Source: an uncultured Methanosarcinales archaeon (GTDB taxonomy: Archaea > Nanobdellota > Nanobdellia > Woesearchaeales > GW2011-AR9). From it: DNA of 22,181 bases. Each line of letters opens with the position of its first letter. The stretch's first letter is position 1. The notes below the pieces were generated by a model. That model ran no database searches, was not told where the DNA came from, and was given only the letters and a program-made list of their open reading frames with translations. The position numbers were made by a program, and so were the translations under genes. The stretch covers positions 1 through 22,181 of the forward strand of contig CAYFMJ010000013.1 in assembly GCA_964344235.1 (NCBI GenBank). Reading direction: 5' to 3'. Shown here piece by piece: positions 1-7,577 of this stretch.

Positions 1-10
1 AGCTAAGAAA

Positions 11-43
11 TGTGTAGTAGTTTCGTGTTGTGTAGCAGTTTCG
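11..43. repeat. Imperfect tandem direct repeat, 2 x 15 bp with 18-bp period
   Basis: TGTGTAGTAGTTTCG (11-25) and TGTGTAGCAGTTTCG (29-43) match at 14/15 positions and lie just upstream of the ATG at 66. Confidence 0.7.
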
Positions 44-65
44 GGATATTAGAAATAGTAAAACC

Positions 66-469
66 ATGAGTATTAATGAAAGGACCCTACGCTCGGGGGT
101 TGACCCTGTTGTTGGGATTACTGTGAACGTAAGGTTGGCCAGAGACTTGGCTGTTGATTTCTATAAAATTAGCTCCCAGGGAAGGCGGGAAAAAGTTGAA
201 AAAATACTAAAATTTCTCAGGCAAGCAAAGAGTCTAACTACAGAGAAAGTCGCTGGTTTAAGAGGAGGGTTTAATCCATTTTCAAAAAAGCGGTTTCTTC
301 TAAACTTAGGGTTAGATTAGGAGATTATATCCAAGATTTGGAGAGTTTTGATGGTGAACTAAGCCCAACTGACGACTTTGGGCATCGAAATTTGCTGTTA
401 CTAGTAGAAGATATTAAAAGGAGTCTTGGTAGAGAAATAAATAGAATACAAGCTAAATTTAAACTCTAG
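66..469 (+). CDS. Hypothetical protein, probably split by a -1 frameshift (84 aa in frame 0, or about 134 aa fused)
   Basis: Track ORF is 66-320. The -1 frame is open from 275 to TAG 467-469 (SIFKKAVSSKLRVRLGDYIQDLESFDGELSPTDDFGHRNLLLLVEDIKRSLGREINRIQAKFKL*), and that stop overlaps the fen1 stop (CTAG). No family recognised. Confidence 0.5.
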
Positions 470-1503
470 AAAAAACTACTTAGCCCTTTCTGAGAAAGAT
501 TATTATTCACTTTCTGCAACTTCTGCAATTTACTTCTGACTCTCTCCTCACTAAAGTCATGTTCTCCAACAAGGAATTCAGTTATTTTCTCAGTGTCAAT
601 TTTTTTCCATTCTAATGTATAGTCATCAGTAACGGGGATGTCTTTGATAGTGTTGAAAATTTCTTCCCACGAAAGATCAGGATAATGCTCAGCCCAATTT
701 ACTTCTGCAAAAATTGCTGCGAAATCGTTATTGTGTTTCTTAATTAATTTGAGTGCTTTCTTTGGACCGATACCTTTAATCCCGCCGGGATTGTAATCAG
801 TTCCTGCAAGAATGGCAATGGTAATAAGTTGATCTCTTGTAACATCCAATTCTGAAAGAACGTCATCTAAGCGAATTACTTCTGGTTGAATGGTTTTGTA
901 CGCAAGAGTTCCTGTTTTCTTCCGCCTGCCAGCGATGGATAAATTACGGATTAATGTGGGGCAGCCAAAAATAAGGTTATCATAATCCTGTGAGACGGAT
1001 GCAAAGACATCTCCTCGTTGTGCCATGTATGCTGTTTGCGCTTCTCCTTCCGAAGGTGCTTGCACGATTGGAATGCCAAGGGATGTTAGAACATTCTTCG
1101 CATCGGCAATCATTTCTTTTGTCAGAGCCGTTGTTCGGGCAGAATATTTTTTCATTGCAGCGTAATCCCCCTGTTCGGTTGCCTCTTCTAATTTAAGAGC
1201 AGCCTCTTTCTTCACAGCAGATCGTTGTTCCCACGTTTTTCGTTTAATTTCAGGAGGTTTACCATCAAAAACAAACACGAGTCTAAGACCTTCTTCCATC
1301 AAAGAAGTCGTGCGGTTAAATAAGCCAATTAAGTGGGATGTCACTCTTCCTTTAGAGTCTGTTAATGCAGAGCCGTCCATTCCTAAAATGGTTGTAAGGA
1401 ATTGGTATAAAATGTTCATTGCATCAACTGCAAGAACTTTGCCTTTAAGGTCTTTTACAGAAATTTCCTGTGTGACAACGAGGTCTTTAAACTTTAGTCC
1501 CAT
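466..1503 (-). CDS. fen1: Flap endonuclease 1 (archaeal)
   Basis: Motifs VDA-N-LYQFL, VFDGKPP-K, SEGEAQ, SQDYD, GTDYNPGGIKGIGPKKA (H3TH) and C-terminal PIP box QKGLSSFF. Confidence 0.97.
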   Translation of the reverse strand: MGLKFKDLVVTQEISVKDLKGKVLAVDAMNILYQFLTTILGMDGSALTDSKGRVTSHLIGLFNRTTSLMEEGLRLVFVFDGKPPEIKRKTWEQRSAVKKEAALKLEEATEQGDYAAMKKYSARTTALTKEMIADAKNVLTSLGIPIVQAPSEGEAQTAYMAQRGDVFASVSQDYDNLIFGCPTLIRNLSIAGRRKKTGTLAYKTIQPEVIRLDDVLSELDVTRDQLITIAILAGTDYNPGGIKGIGPKKALKLIKKHNNDFAAIFAEVNWAEHYPDLSWEEIFNTIKDIPVTDDYTLEWKKIDTEKITEFLVGEHDFSEERVRSKLQKLQKVNNNLSQKGLSSFF

Positions 1504-2599
1504 TGTCTTGTTTTAGATCTGTTGTCTTCTTAATGATTGCGTTTTCATACGCGCCAGATTCAATCATCTCTTGCGCTTTTTTTGTAAGATCTTTGGTGTA
1601 CAGAAAGAGAAGTGGAAGTTTTTTTACCTGCGCTTCCATGTACGCCGCTGCAAGGTCTTTCTCGTCACATCTGGCTTTACTTTTTGCTTTACAGAAATAT
1701 TTCATCGTGCCAATGATTGATGGAACCGTAACGACGAAATCTAACTCGGAATTTTTACGAATAGTTTCTTTCTGTTCAACAATAATGTTGTGGTTGATAA
1801 AAAATGTTTCAATTGTTGGAAGGAATTTGTCTGGCGCTGGAGCGCGGCGTTTGGTGATTTTTTCTTTGATTTTTTTAAGAATTGGTTTTGGTTTCTTTTT
1901 CTGAGGATTTTCCTCCCGTTCGAGGATTTCAGCGAGTTCATCTTCCTCAACAACTTCAGGAACTTCTACTTCTAACGGTTCTTCTGGCTCTAATTGTGGG
2001 GAAATAGTACTTTGTACTTCAGTAGGTTGAGGTTCTTCAGAGAGTTCAGAGATTGGTTGTTGTGTTACTGTTGCAGGGATAGCGATAGGAGGAGCTTTAG
2101 TCATGAGAGGTGCTTTTGGTTGAGCAGGAGGTTCTGGTTTCGCGACAGGTGTTGGAGGTCGCAACATACCAGCAATCACCCCTTTAGTTTCTTCATCAGT
2201 TAAGAGGTACCATTTCCAGAATAGTTCTCTCTTTCCTCTCACAGTAACATGTAGTGGAATTGCGAAATCTTTCAATGCCCTCAGAGCAACTTTGGGAAGT
2301 GTCTCCAGATTTTTTTCGCGGAGGACCTTGTTTTGCTTGAGTCTTTCAAGTACTTGATGATTTTTTGTATTAATATTTCCTGCAGCGAACGGATAAATTT
2401 GGGATTCATGGCCAGGAAGGTAGTATAGTGGAGAGCCACCGATTTTGAGGTTCGTTAATTTGATCTTCCCCTGCGATCGGAGATCAGATAAATGGGCAGA
2501 TGCAATGAGGATGTTAGAACCGAGATGCTTCGCTACTTTGGAAGGCAGAGTTGGTCCAGTTACCTTAAGAAATTGAAGGATTTTATCCTGATCCGTCAT
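1487..2599 (-). CDS. Conserved hypothetical protein: N-terminal winged-helix-like domain, Pro/Glu-rich linker, C-terminal nuclease-like alpha/beta domain
   Basis: 370-aa ORF with an upstream TATA at standard spacing and a 17-nt overlap with the fen1 start. The N-terminus (ILQFLKVTGPTLPSKVAKHL...LSDL...KI) looks like a wHTH. Domain calls are inference. Confidence 0.8.
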   Translation of the reverse strand: MTDQDKILQFLKVTGPTLPSKVAKHLGSNILIASAHLSDLRSQGKIKLTNLKIGGSPLYYLPGHESQIYPFAAGNINTKNHQVLERLKQNKVLREKNLETLPKVALRALKDFAIPLHVTVRGKRELFWKWYLLTDEETKGVIAGMLRPPTPVAKPEPPAQPKAPLMTKAPPIAIPATVTQQPISELSEEPQPTEVQSTISPQLEPEEPLEVEVPEVVEEDELAEILEREENPQKKKPKPILKKIKEKITKRRAPAPDKFLPTIETFFINHNIIVEQKETIRKNSELDFVVTVPSIIGTMKYFCKAKSKARCDEKDLAAAYMEAQVKKLPLLFLYTKDLTKKAQEMIESGAYENAIIKKTTDLKQDNGTKV

Positions 2600-2621
2600 C
2601 GAAATTTAGGGAGAAAGGGGG

Positions 2622-2636
2622 TTTAAATAGTTTTTG
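2622..2636 (-). promoter_or_regulatory. BRE/TATA promoter of the hypothetical-fen1 unit
   Basis: Minus strand reads AAAAACTATTTAAA, with the TATA ending 22 nt before ATG 2599. Confidence 0.7.
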
Positions 2637-2737
2637 ATGGTGGAAGCATAGCAATCTGCTACTACCCACTGGACAACTGCAGGTAGAATTTATAAAACCA
2701 TTATTCTTTATTTTCACATGCTTCTAAGAGTGAAAAC

Positions 2738-3053
2738 ATGGTAAAAATAAAAGAATGGCATATTTGGGATTTCCCCGGAAATTTGTATGTGTTAATAGAA
2801 GAAGAAACAAGAGATGCTTTCTTTAAGGAGATGTACAATCAGTTTGGTTCTCAAGTAAATTATGCCAAATTTTTGAAAATTAATCGTATCATGGTGCAGG
2901 GGTATCATTATGCACGTGGTTGGGATCTTGGTAAAGAACATGTAAAATTCATGCCACTTAAGATACTACATAAATCTCGACATCTCTCTTCTTAGAGATA
3001 AAATGGTCATTAAGCGCGGGTATAAAAACAAAATAGTATGGGATATTGCCTAA
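2738..3053 (+). pseudogene. Frame-disrupted HTH-like hypothetical gene
   Basis: The 85-aa ORF 2738-2995 has an HTH-like segment (FGSQVNYAKFLKINRIMV...MPLKIL). The +1 frame is open from 2946 to 3053 (YINLDISLLRDKMVIKRGYKNKIVWDIA*) and stops overlapping the endA stop. TTTATAAA lies at 2689-2696. Confidence 0.45.
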
Positions 3054-3652
3054 GGCCGTATCCACGAAACTTGATAATAGGTGACGTCCGATTCACCATC
3101 AACTATTCCAAGTAGTAATCGTTTCTTGGTTGAGTGGGCTACCCTATTTTTGGCAGAGAATTCATGCCACGTTAGCGTAGAACCTTCATGTACTGGAAAG
3201 ACAATCCACTTCGCGTGATCTTCCCCCGGCTTGATACCTCGGTCGTAGACTCTAAAATCGGCACCGAATTTCAATGCTGTTTTGATGATGTAACCACGGT
3301 TTCTCATATCTTTGAAGACAACATAGCGAATCCAGAAATTTGGTTCAACTTTTCGTGCTTTCTTCACGTAGGATTCAAATTTGATTGCTCGACCTGCTTC
3401 GCTTTTGATAATCAGTCTGCCTTTCTCCATTAAATATAACGCTTCAAGCAGTGAGAGTTCAATTTTACCATTATCAGCGTTAGAACCAAATCTGCTTTGA
3501 TTATAAAACTCACGAGCTTCGTCAGAAGATTCGGTGATAACTCTTTCCCCAGTGAGGATGCCAGTTACCAGTTTCTTTTTGGTTTTGCTCTCGGTTTTCT
3601 TCTTTTTGGAAGTTTCAGACGCTGCTGCTCCCTTGGCTTTCTTTTTTGCCAT
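3050..3652 (-). CDS. endA: tRNA-intron endonuclease, short single-unit type with a Lys-rich N-terminal extension
   Basis: Motifs LSLLEALYL, VFKDMRNRGY, KTALKFGADFRVY, EDHA and RVAHSTKK contain the Tyr/His/Lys catalytic triad. TATA at 3675-3682. Confidence 0.95.
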   Translation of the reverse strand: MAKKKAKGAAASETSKKKKTESKTKKKLVTGILTGERVITESSDEAREFYNQSRFGSNADNGKIELSLLEALYLMEKGRLIIKSEAGRAIKFESYVKKARKVEPNFWIRYVVFKDMRNRGYIIKTALKFGADFRVYDRGIKPGEDHAKWIVFPVHEGSTLTWHEFSAKNRVAHSTKKRLLLGIVDGESDVTYYQVSWIRP

Positions 3653-3690
3653 AGTACTAGAATTCTAATTGTGTTTTTTAAAGCTTCTGT

Positions 3691-3864
3691 TTATTCGAGG
3701 GTTCGTCTGCCAAAATAATATCCGACAATAATTGTGGTAATAGGAAGAAGTCGTTCGAAGATTGTAGGAGAGGTAAAGGCTGTTGCTACAGTTGTGATAA
3801 CAAATAAGAGAGAAATGATTCCCCTCACTGAGCCCTTCGGTAATCCTAGCGGTTCTTGAATCAT
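3691..3864 (-). CDS. Small membrane protein (57 aa), absent from the ORF track
   Basis: Manual translation: MIQEPLGLPKGSVRGIISLLFVITTVATAFTSPTIFERLLPITTIIVGYYFGRRTLE*. It has two hydrophobic segments, fills the radC-endA gap, and has TTTAAATA ending 21 nt before its ATG. Confidence 0.8.
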   Translation of the reverse strand: MIQEPLGLPKGSVRGIISLLFVITTVATAFTSPTIFERLLPITTIIVGYYFGRRTLE

Positions 3865-3880
3865 GGTATTGAAAGGAGAA

Positions 3881-4543
3881 TTATGTATTTAAACTTTCCT
3901 GCCAGCTCCAGTAAGAATTCTTGCCAATTATGATATGGTCGATTAAAGGAATATTAACGAGCTGGCCCACTTCATGTATCTGGTGTGTTGCGGTAATATC
4001 ACTCTCTGAAGGTGTTGGGTCACCAGAAGGGTGGTTGTGAATAATAACGATTGATTTTGCGAGATTTTTAATCGCGCCATGGAAAATTTCTCGTGGGTGG
4101 ATGAGTGAAGCGTTGATGGTGCCGATTGTAATCGTTTGATCTTTGATAATGTTGTTCTTAGTGTCAAGATAGAGAGCTATGAGATGTTCTTGCTGCAGGT
4201 GTTGTAGTTTTTTTTGGTATAGTGATGCTATGTCTTCTGGTGTTTTGATGGTTTGTTTTTTTGTTTGAGTGGTTCTTCTGTTTAATTCGAAGAGGGCAAG
4301 AATTTGCGATGCCCTGGCTGGACCAATGCCATGAAGCTGGGTGAGTTCTTGTAGCGTGCAGTGAGAAAGTTGTTGTAAAGAATATTTTGAGAGAAGTGTG
4401 TTGCAGAGTGTGATAATGTCTTGTTGTTTCGTTCCTGATTTGATGATAATTGCCAGGAGTTCTGCGGTTGATAATGTGGTGGGGCCGTGTTGTTGCAGTC
4501 GTTCTCTGGGCCGGTTTTCAGGCGGCATTAATTTGATGTGCAT
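3881..4543 (-). CDS. radC: RadC family protein (HhH plus JAB/MPN domain)
   Basis: Motifs RPRERL, ELLAII, GIGPA-A, HPREIF, HNHPSGDPTPS-SD and DHIII. Confidence 0.95.
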   Translation of the reverse strand: MHIKLMPPENRPRERLQQHGPTTLSTAELLAIIIKSGTKQQDIITLCNTLLSKYSLQQLSHCTLQELTQLHGIGPARASQILALFELNRRTTQTKKQTIKTPEDIASLYQKKLQHLQQEHLIALYLDTKNNIIKDQTITIGTINASLIHPREIFHGAIKNLAKSIVIIHNHPSGDPTPSESDITATHQIHEVGQLVNIPLIDHIIIGKNSYWSWQESLNT

Positions 4544-4622
4544 GATGCTGGGAAAGAATTTCAGTTAATAAGTGCTAGGTGTGGTTGTCGAGTGGGAAGT
4601 GATATATATCGGGGGGAATGGT

Positions 4623-5246
4623 TTATCGGTGGCTTTTTAGCGCTTTCCTTAACTCCCTAATTGCCCTTCTAGGATTATCACTTTTAGAAGTAAAAGAACC
4701 AGAAATAATGTAATCTGCACCCTTAGCATCACGAACCGTTGTAGGGTGCATGCCGCCGTCAACGTAAATCTTAATTTTCGGATTGATTTTTTGTATTTGT
4801 TTTATTTTTCGTAATGGGGCTTTCAAATATTTCGCACCATAAAATCCTGGATGGACCGTTAAAATAAGAATTTGGTCAATATCTTTCAAGTATGGTCTGA
4901 GTTCTTTCACTTTCGTTTCTGGTTTCAATGCGAAGGCTACTTTTTTCTTTTTTTCTTTAAGATGCGAGATGAACTTTGGAACATTCTTCACAACTTCAAA
5001 TGAAACAATACAGACATCAACTTTATGTCCGTGTCTGTCAATCCACTTCTTGGGGTTGTTGATCATTAGATGAGCATTGTATTTGAACTTCCGACTTAAC
5101 CTAAAAGGAAACCACAACGATTTTGAGGGAACGAATTTACCATCTGCTACGTCTAAATGTAACGTAGAAGCAACACCGTCAAGTCTCTTAAAGAAAGCAT
5201 TCAACTCTTGCTGGTTCTTCGCCATGAGAGAAGGAAATATTTTCAT
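4623..5246 (-). CDS. rpe: Ribulose-phosphate 3-epimerase
   Basis: Motifs PSLMA, HLDVADGKFVP, AHLM, LTVHPGFYG and VDGG; metal ligands H-x-D, H and D are retained. ATGA overlap with rpiB. Confidence 0.93.
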   Translation of the reverse strand: MKIFPSLMAKNQQELNAFFKRLDGVASTLHLDVADGKFVPSKSLWFPFRLSRKFKYNAHLMINNPKKWIDRHGHKVDVCIVSFEVVKNVPKFISHLKEKKKKVAFALKPETKVKELRPYLKDIDQILILTVHPGFYGAKYLKAPLRKIKQIQKINPKIKIYVDGGMHPTTVRDAKGADYIISGSFTSKSDNPRRAIRELRKALKSHR

Positions 5247-5686
5247 CGTTCCATCCGTTTAATTTTTTGAATTCTCCGTTTATGTCGCGGTTTGTTAGAA
5301 AATTTCGTGTTAAGAAATGTTGTGATTATTTTTTTTGATCTGGAAGATGAAAAAAACCAGCCAGATAAACATAACACATTAGCATCATTGTGTTCACGAG
5401 ATAGCTGTGCGAGCTTTGCAGAAGAGGGGTTCACGGCACGAATTCCTTTCATTTTATTCGCAGCAATACACATGCCTTCAGCAGAACCACATAATAGAAT
5501 CCCTTTTGTTCTGCCCTGCACAACAGCTTTCGACACCAACTTAGCATAATCAGGATAGTCGTCGTTCTTGTCAAAGGTATGTGCACCAACGTCTTGATAC
5601 GGGATGTTTTGCTTCTGCAACCATTTGGTGATTTTCTCTTTCAATGCAAAACCTGCATGGTCCGAACCAATGTAAATTGTTTTCAT
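5243..5686 (-). CDS. rpiB: Ribose-5-phosphate isomerase B
   Basis: Motifs GSDHAG, DYPDYA, CGSAEGMCIAANK, REHNDANVL and RH-RRI-KI. Start moved to ATG 5686, which gives an ATGA overlap with the fba stop. Confidence 0.93.
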   Translation of the reverse strand: MKTIYIGSDHAGFALKEKITKWLQKQNIPYQDVGAHTFDKNDDYPDYAKLVSKAVVQGRTKGILLCGSAEGMCIAANKMKGIRAVNPSSAKLAQLSREHNDANVLCLSGWFFSSSRSKKIITTFLNTKFSNKPRHKRRIQKIKRMER

Positions 5687-6600
5687 TTTTTGTTCACACA
5701 TCCAAATGTTTTGATACGTTCCATAGCAACTTCCATGATTTTATCTCTTGCTGGTCCTAGAATTTCGCGAGGGTCAAACTTCTTAGGATATTTCTTGATA
5801 ACTTTCCTCACAGCTGCGTCAAACGCCAATCGTAGGTCCGTATCGGTATTGAATTTAGTAATGCCGTTTCTAATCGCAGTTTTAATTTGTGAATTTGGTA
5901 CACCGTAGACACCGGACAACCGAGCACCATACCTCTCAGCTTGCCTCACTACATTTTGTGGAACACCGGATGCACCATGAAGCACGAGGGGAATCTTAAC
6001 TTTCCGTGTTATTTTTTTCAAAATATCATGTCGTAAATCGGCTTTCCCCCTAAATTTGTACGCACCATGCGAAGTGCCAATGGCCACGGCAAGAAAATCA
6101 CAACCTGTTCGTTTTACAAAATCTCTTGCTTTTTCTGGATCAGTGTACATTATTTTCTTAGCTTCAATCGTATCCTCTTTCCCACCAATTGTGCCGAGTT
6201 CTGCCTCCACTGCAACACCATATCTGTGAGCATAGTCAACGATCTTTTTTGTTTCTCTCACGTTCTGTTCGTATGGTAAGTGGGAGCCGTCAAACATTAC
6301 GGAAGAATATCCTAAACGGATGGCTTTCTTAATAGTGGGAATATCTCTACCATGGTCAAGATGGAATGCAAGGGGAACGTTTGCTATTTCGGAAGCGGTA
6401 TAAGCTAGTTCATACAAAAAATTCATACCAGCATATTTAATCGCTCCCTCAGAAGTAGCAAGGATGATAGGGGCCTTTAATTTGACAGCGGCCTGCACTA
6501 CTCCCTGTAAAATTTCCATGTTGTTGATATTAAAATGTGCAACAGCGTATTTGCCTTTTTGTGCTTTCTTGAGAAGTGTTTTTGTATTTGCAAAACTCAT
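5683..6600 (-). CDS. fba: Class II fructose-1,6-bisphosphate aldolase
   Basis: Motifs FNINNME, HLDHG, SVMFDGS, VEAELG, AIGTSHGAYKF, LVLHGASG and KFNTDTD. Confidence 0.96.
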   Translation of the reverse strand: MSFANTKTLLKKAQKGKYAVAHFNINNMEILQGVVQAAVKLKAPIILATSEGAIKYAGMNFLYELAYTASEIANVPLAFHLDHGRDIPTIKKAIRLGYSSVMFDGSHLPYEQNVRETKKIVDYAHRYGVAVEAELGTIGGKEDTIEAKKIMYTDPEKARDFVKRTGCDFLAVAIGTSHGAYKFRGKADLRHDILKKITRKVKIPLVLHGASGVPQNVVRQAERYGARLSGVYGVPNSQIKTAIRNGITKFNTDTDLRLAFDAAVRKVIKKYPKKFDPREILGPARDKIMEVAMERIKTFGCVNKK

Positions 6601-7559
6601 GGGAACCCCTTACATCTTATTCTATATTTTTTAATCAAAGCATGTGCTTCTTTCTCACTTAGCAGTTTATTCTTTGTACCAACATGTTGAATGACAGAAG
6701 AAGCGTTCGCTTGACCAACGCGCATACCCTCAGAGAATTTATGTCCTTTAATCAATTCTGACAATAGGCCGGCGGTAAATGCATCTCCAGCACCAGCGGT
6801 GTTAACTCGTTTTACTTTTGGAGGTATAAGGGAGTACATGGTCTTTTCGTGCAATCCATAGAAGCGTTTTGTACCATTTGTGATCACAACAGAGGAAGGT
6901 CCCAATGAGTGAAGTTCTTTCAATAAATATGGAAACGATGTTTTGCTAGTGTTAAGCAAAGCTTGTGCTTCTTCTTTGTTAAGAACGAGAAGGGTTGTTG
7001 CTTGTAATATCTCTTTGAGGTAGCGTTTGCCTTTCTTTGCTAGGTATAGTGAAGGGTTGAAGAGAACGTTTATCTTTTTTCTTTGGGCGTATGACGCTAT
7101 TTTTTTAGCAGTATGAAATGATTTTCCCATTAATGTGGCCAGATAAATCCATTTGGCATTAAGTTGTCTTTGTTTGAAGTCATTTTGAGTTAGGTCTTGG
7201 GATGCTCCTTTGAAGGCATAAATTATTCTATCTTTCTCAATAGAAGATGACACAATGGCGGAAGAGTTTGTTGACTTGTTACTTCGCCTAACACAAATAT
7301 TTTTGACTTTATATTGTTTCATTTCCCTCTCAATGAATTTGGCATCGTGATCATCACCTAGTTTTGTAAGCATTTTTACTTTCACTCCAAGCTTTGAAAG
7401 TGCAGCAGCAGCATTGGTCGCGCCACCACCAGAATGGATTTGTTGTTCTGTCACAAGAACTTTATCACCTAACTTAATAGAAGAGAGAGGTCGTTCAACC
7501 TGTAGGAATCTATCAACAACAGCAGAACCTACACATAAAACATCGTATCTACGTAACAT
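6597..7559 (-). CDS. PfkB/ribokinase-family carbohydrate kinase
   Basis: Motifs GGGATNAA, G-D, LNKEEA, VITNG and NTAGAGDAF. Substrate cannot be determined from sequence. Confidence 0.9.
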   Translation of the reverse strand: MLRRYDVLCVGSAVVDRFLQVERPLSSIKLGDKVLVTEQQIHSGGGATNAAAALSKLGVKVKMLTKLGDDHDAKFIEREMKQYKVKNICVRRSNKSTNSSAIVSSSIEKDRIIYAFKGASQDLTQNDFKQRQLNAKWIYLATLMGKSFHTAKKIASYAQRKKINVLFNPSLYLAKKGKRYLKEILQATTLLVLNKEEAQALLNTSKTSFPYLLKELHSLGPSSVVITNGTKRFYGLHEKTMYSLIPPKVKRVNTAGAGDAFTAGLLSELIKGHKFSEGMRVGQANASSVIQHVGTKNKLLSEKEAHALIKKYRIRCKGFP

Positions 7560-7577
7560 CTAGTACCTCTTTTTGTA

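Noticed and set aside
11-43. Possible CRISPR repeat
   Set aside because: Only two 15-bp copies with a 3-nt spacer, and no cas genes in the window.
318-362. Stop-codon reassignment as an explanation for the broken ORFs
   Set aside because: TAA, TAG and TGA all terminate intact genes. Reading through TAG 318-320 adds only 13 residues, and the lesions are frame changes rather than in-frame stops.
2996-3880. tRNA or BHB-intron substrate near endA
   Set aside because: I saw no cloverleaf or T-loop signature, and the gap upstream of endA is explained by the 57-aa ORF.
3881-4543. radC as a marker of an integrated element or defence island
   Set aside because: It is the full-length HhH+JAB form flanked by housekeeping genes, with no att sites, integrase or defence genes.
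4601-4610. Perfect palindrome GATATATATC
   Set aside because: Low-complexity AT repeat, and radC already has a TATA at standard spacing.
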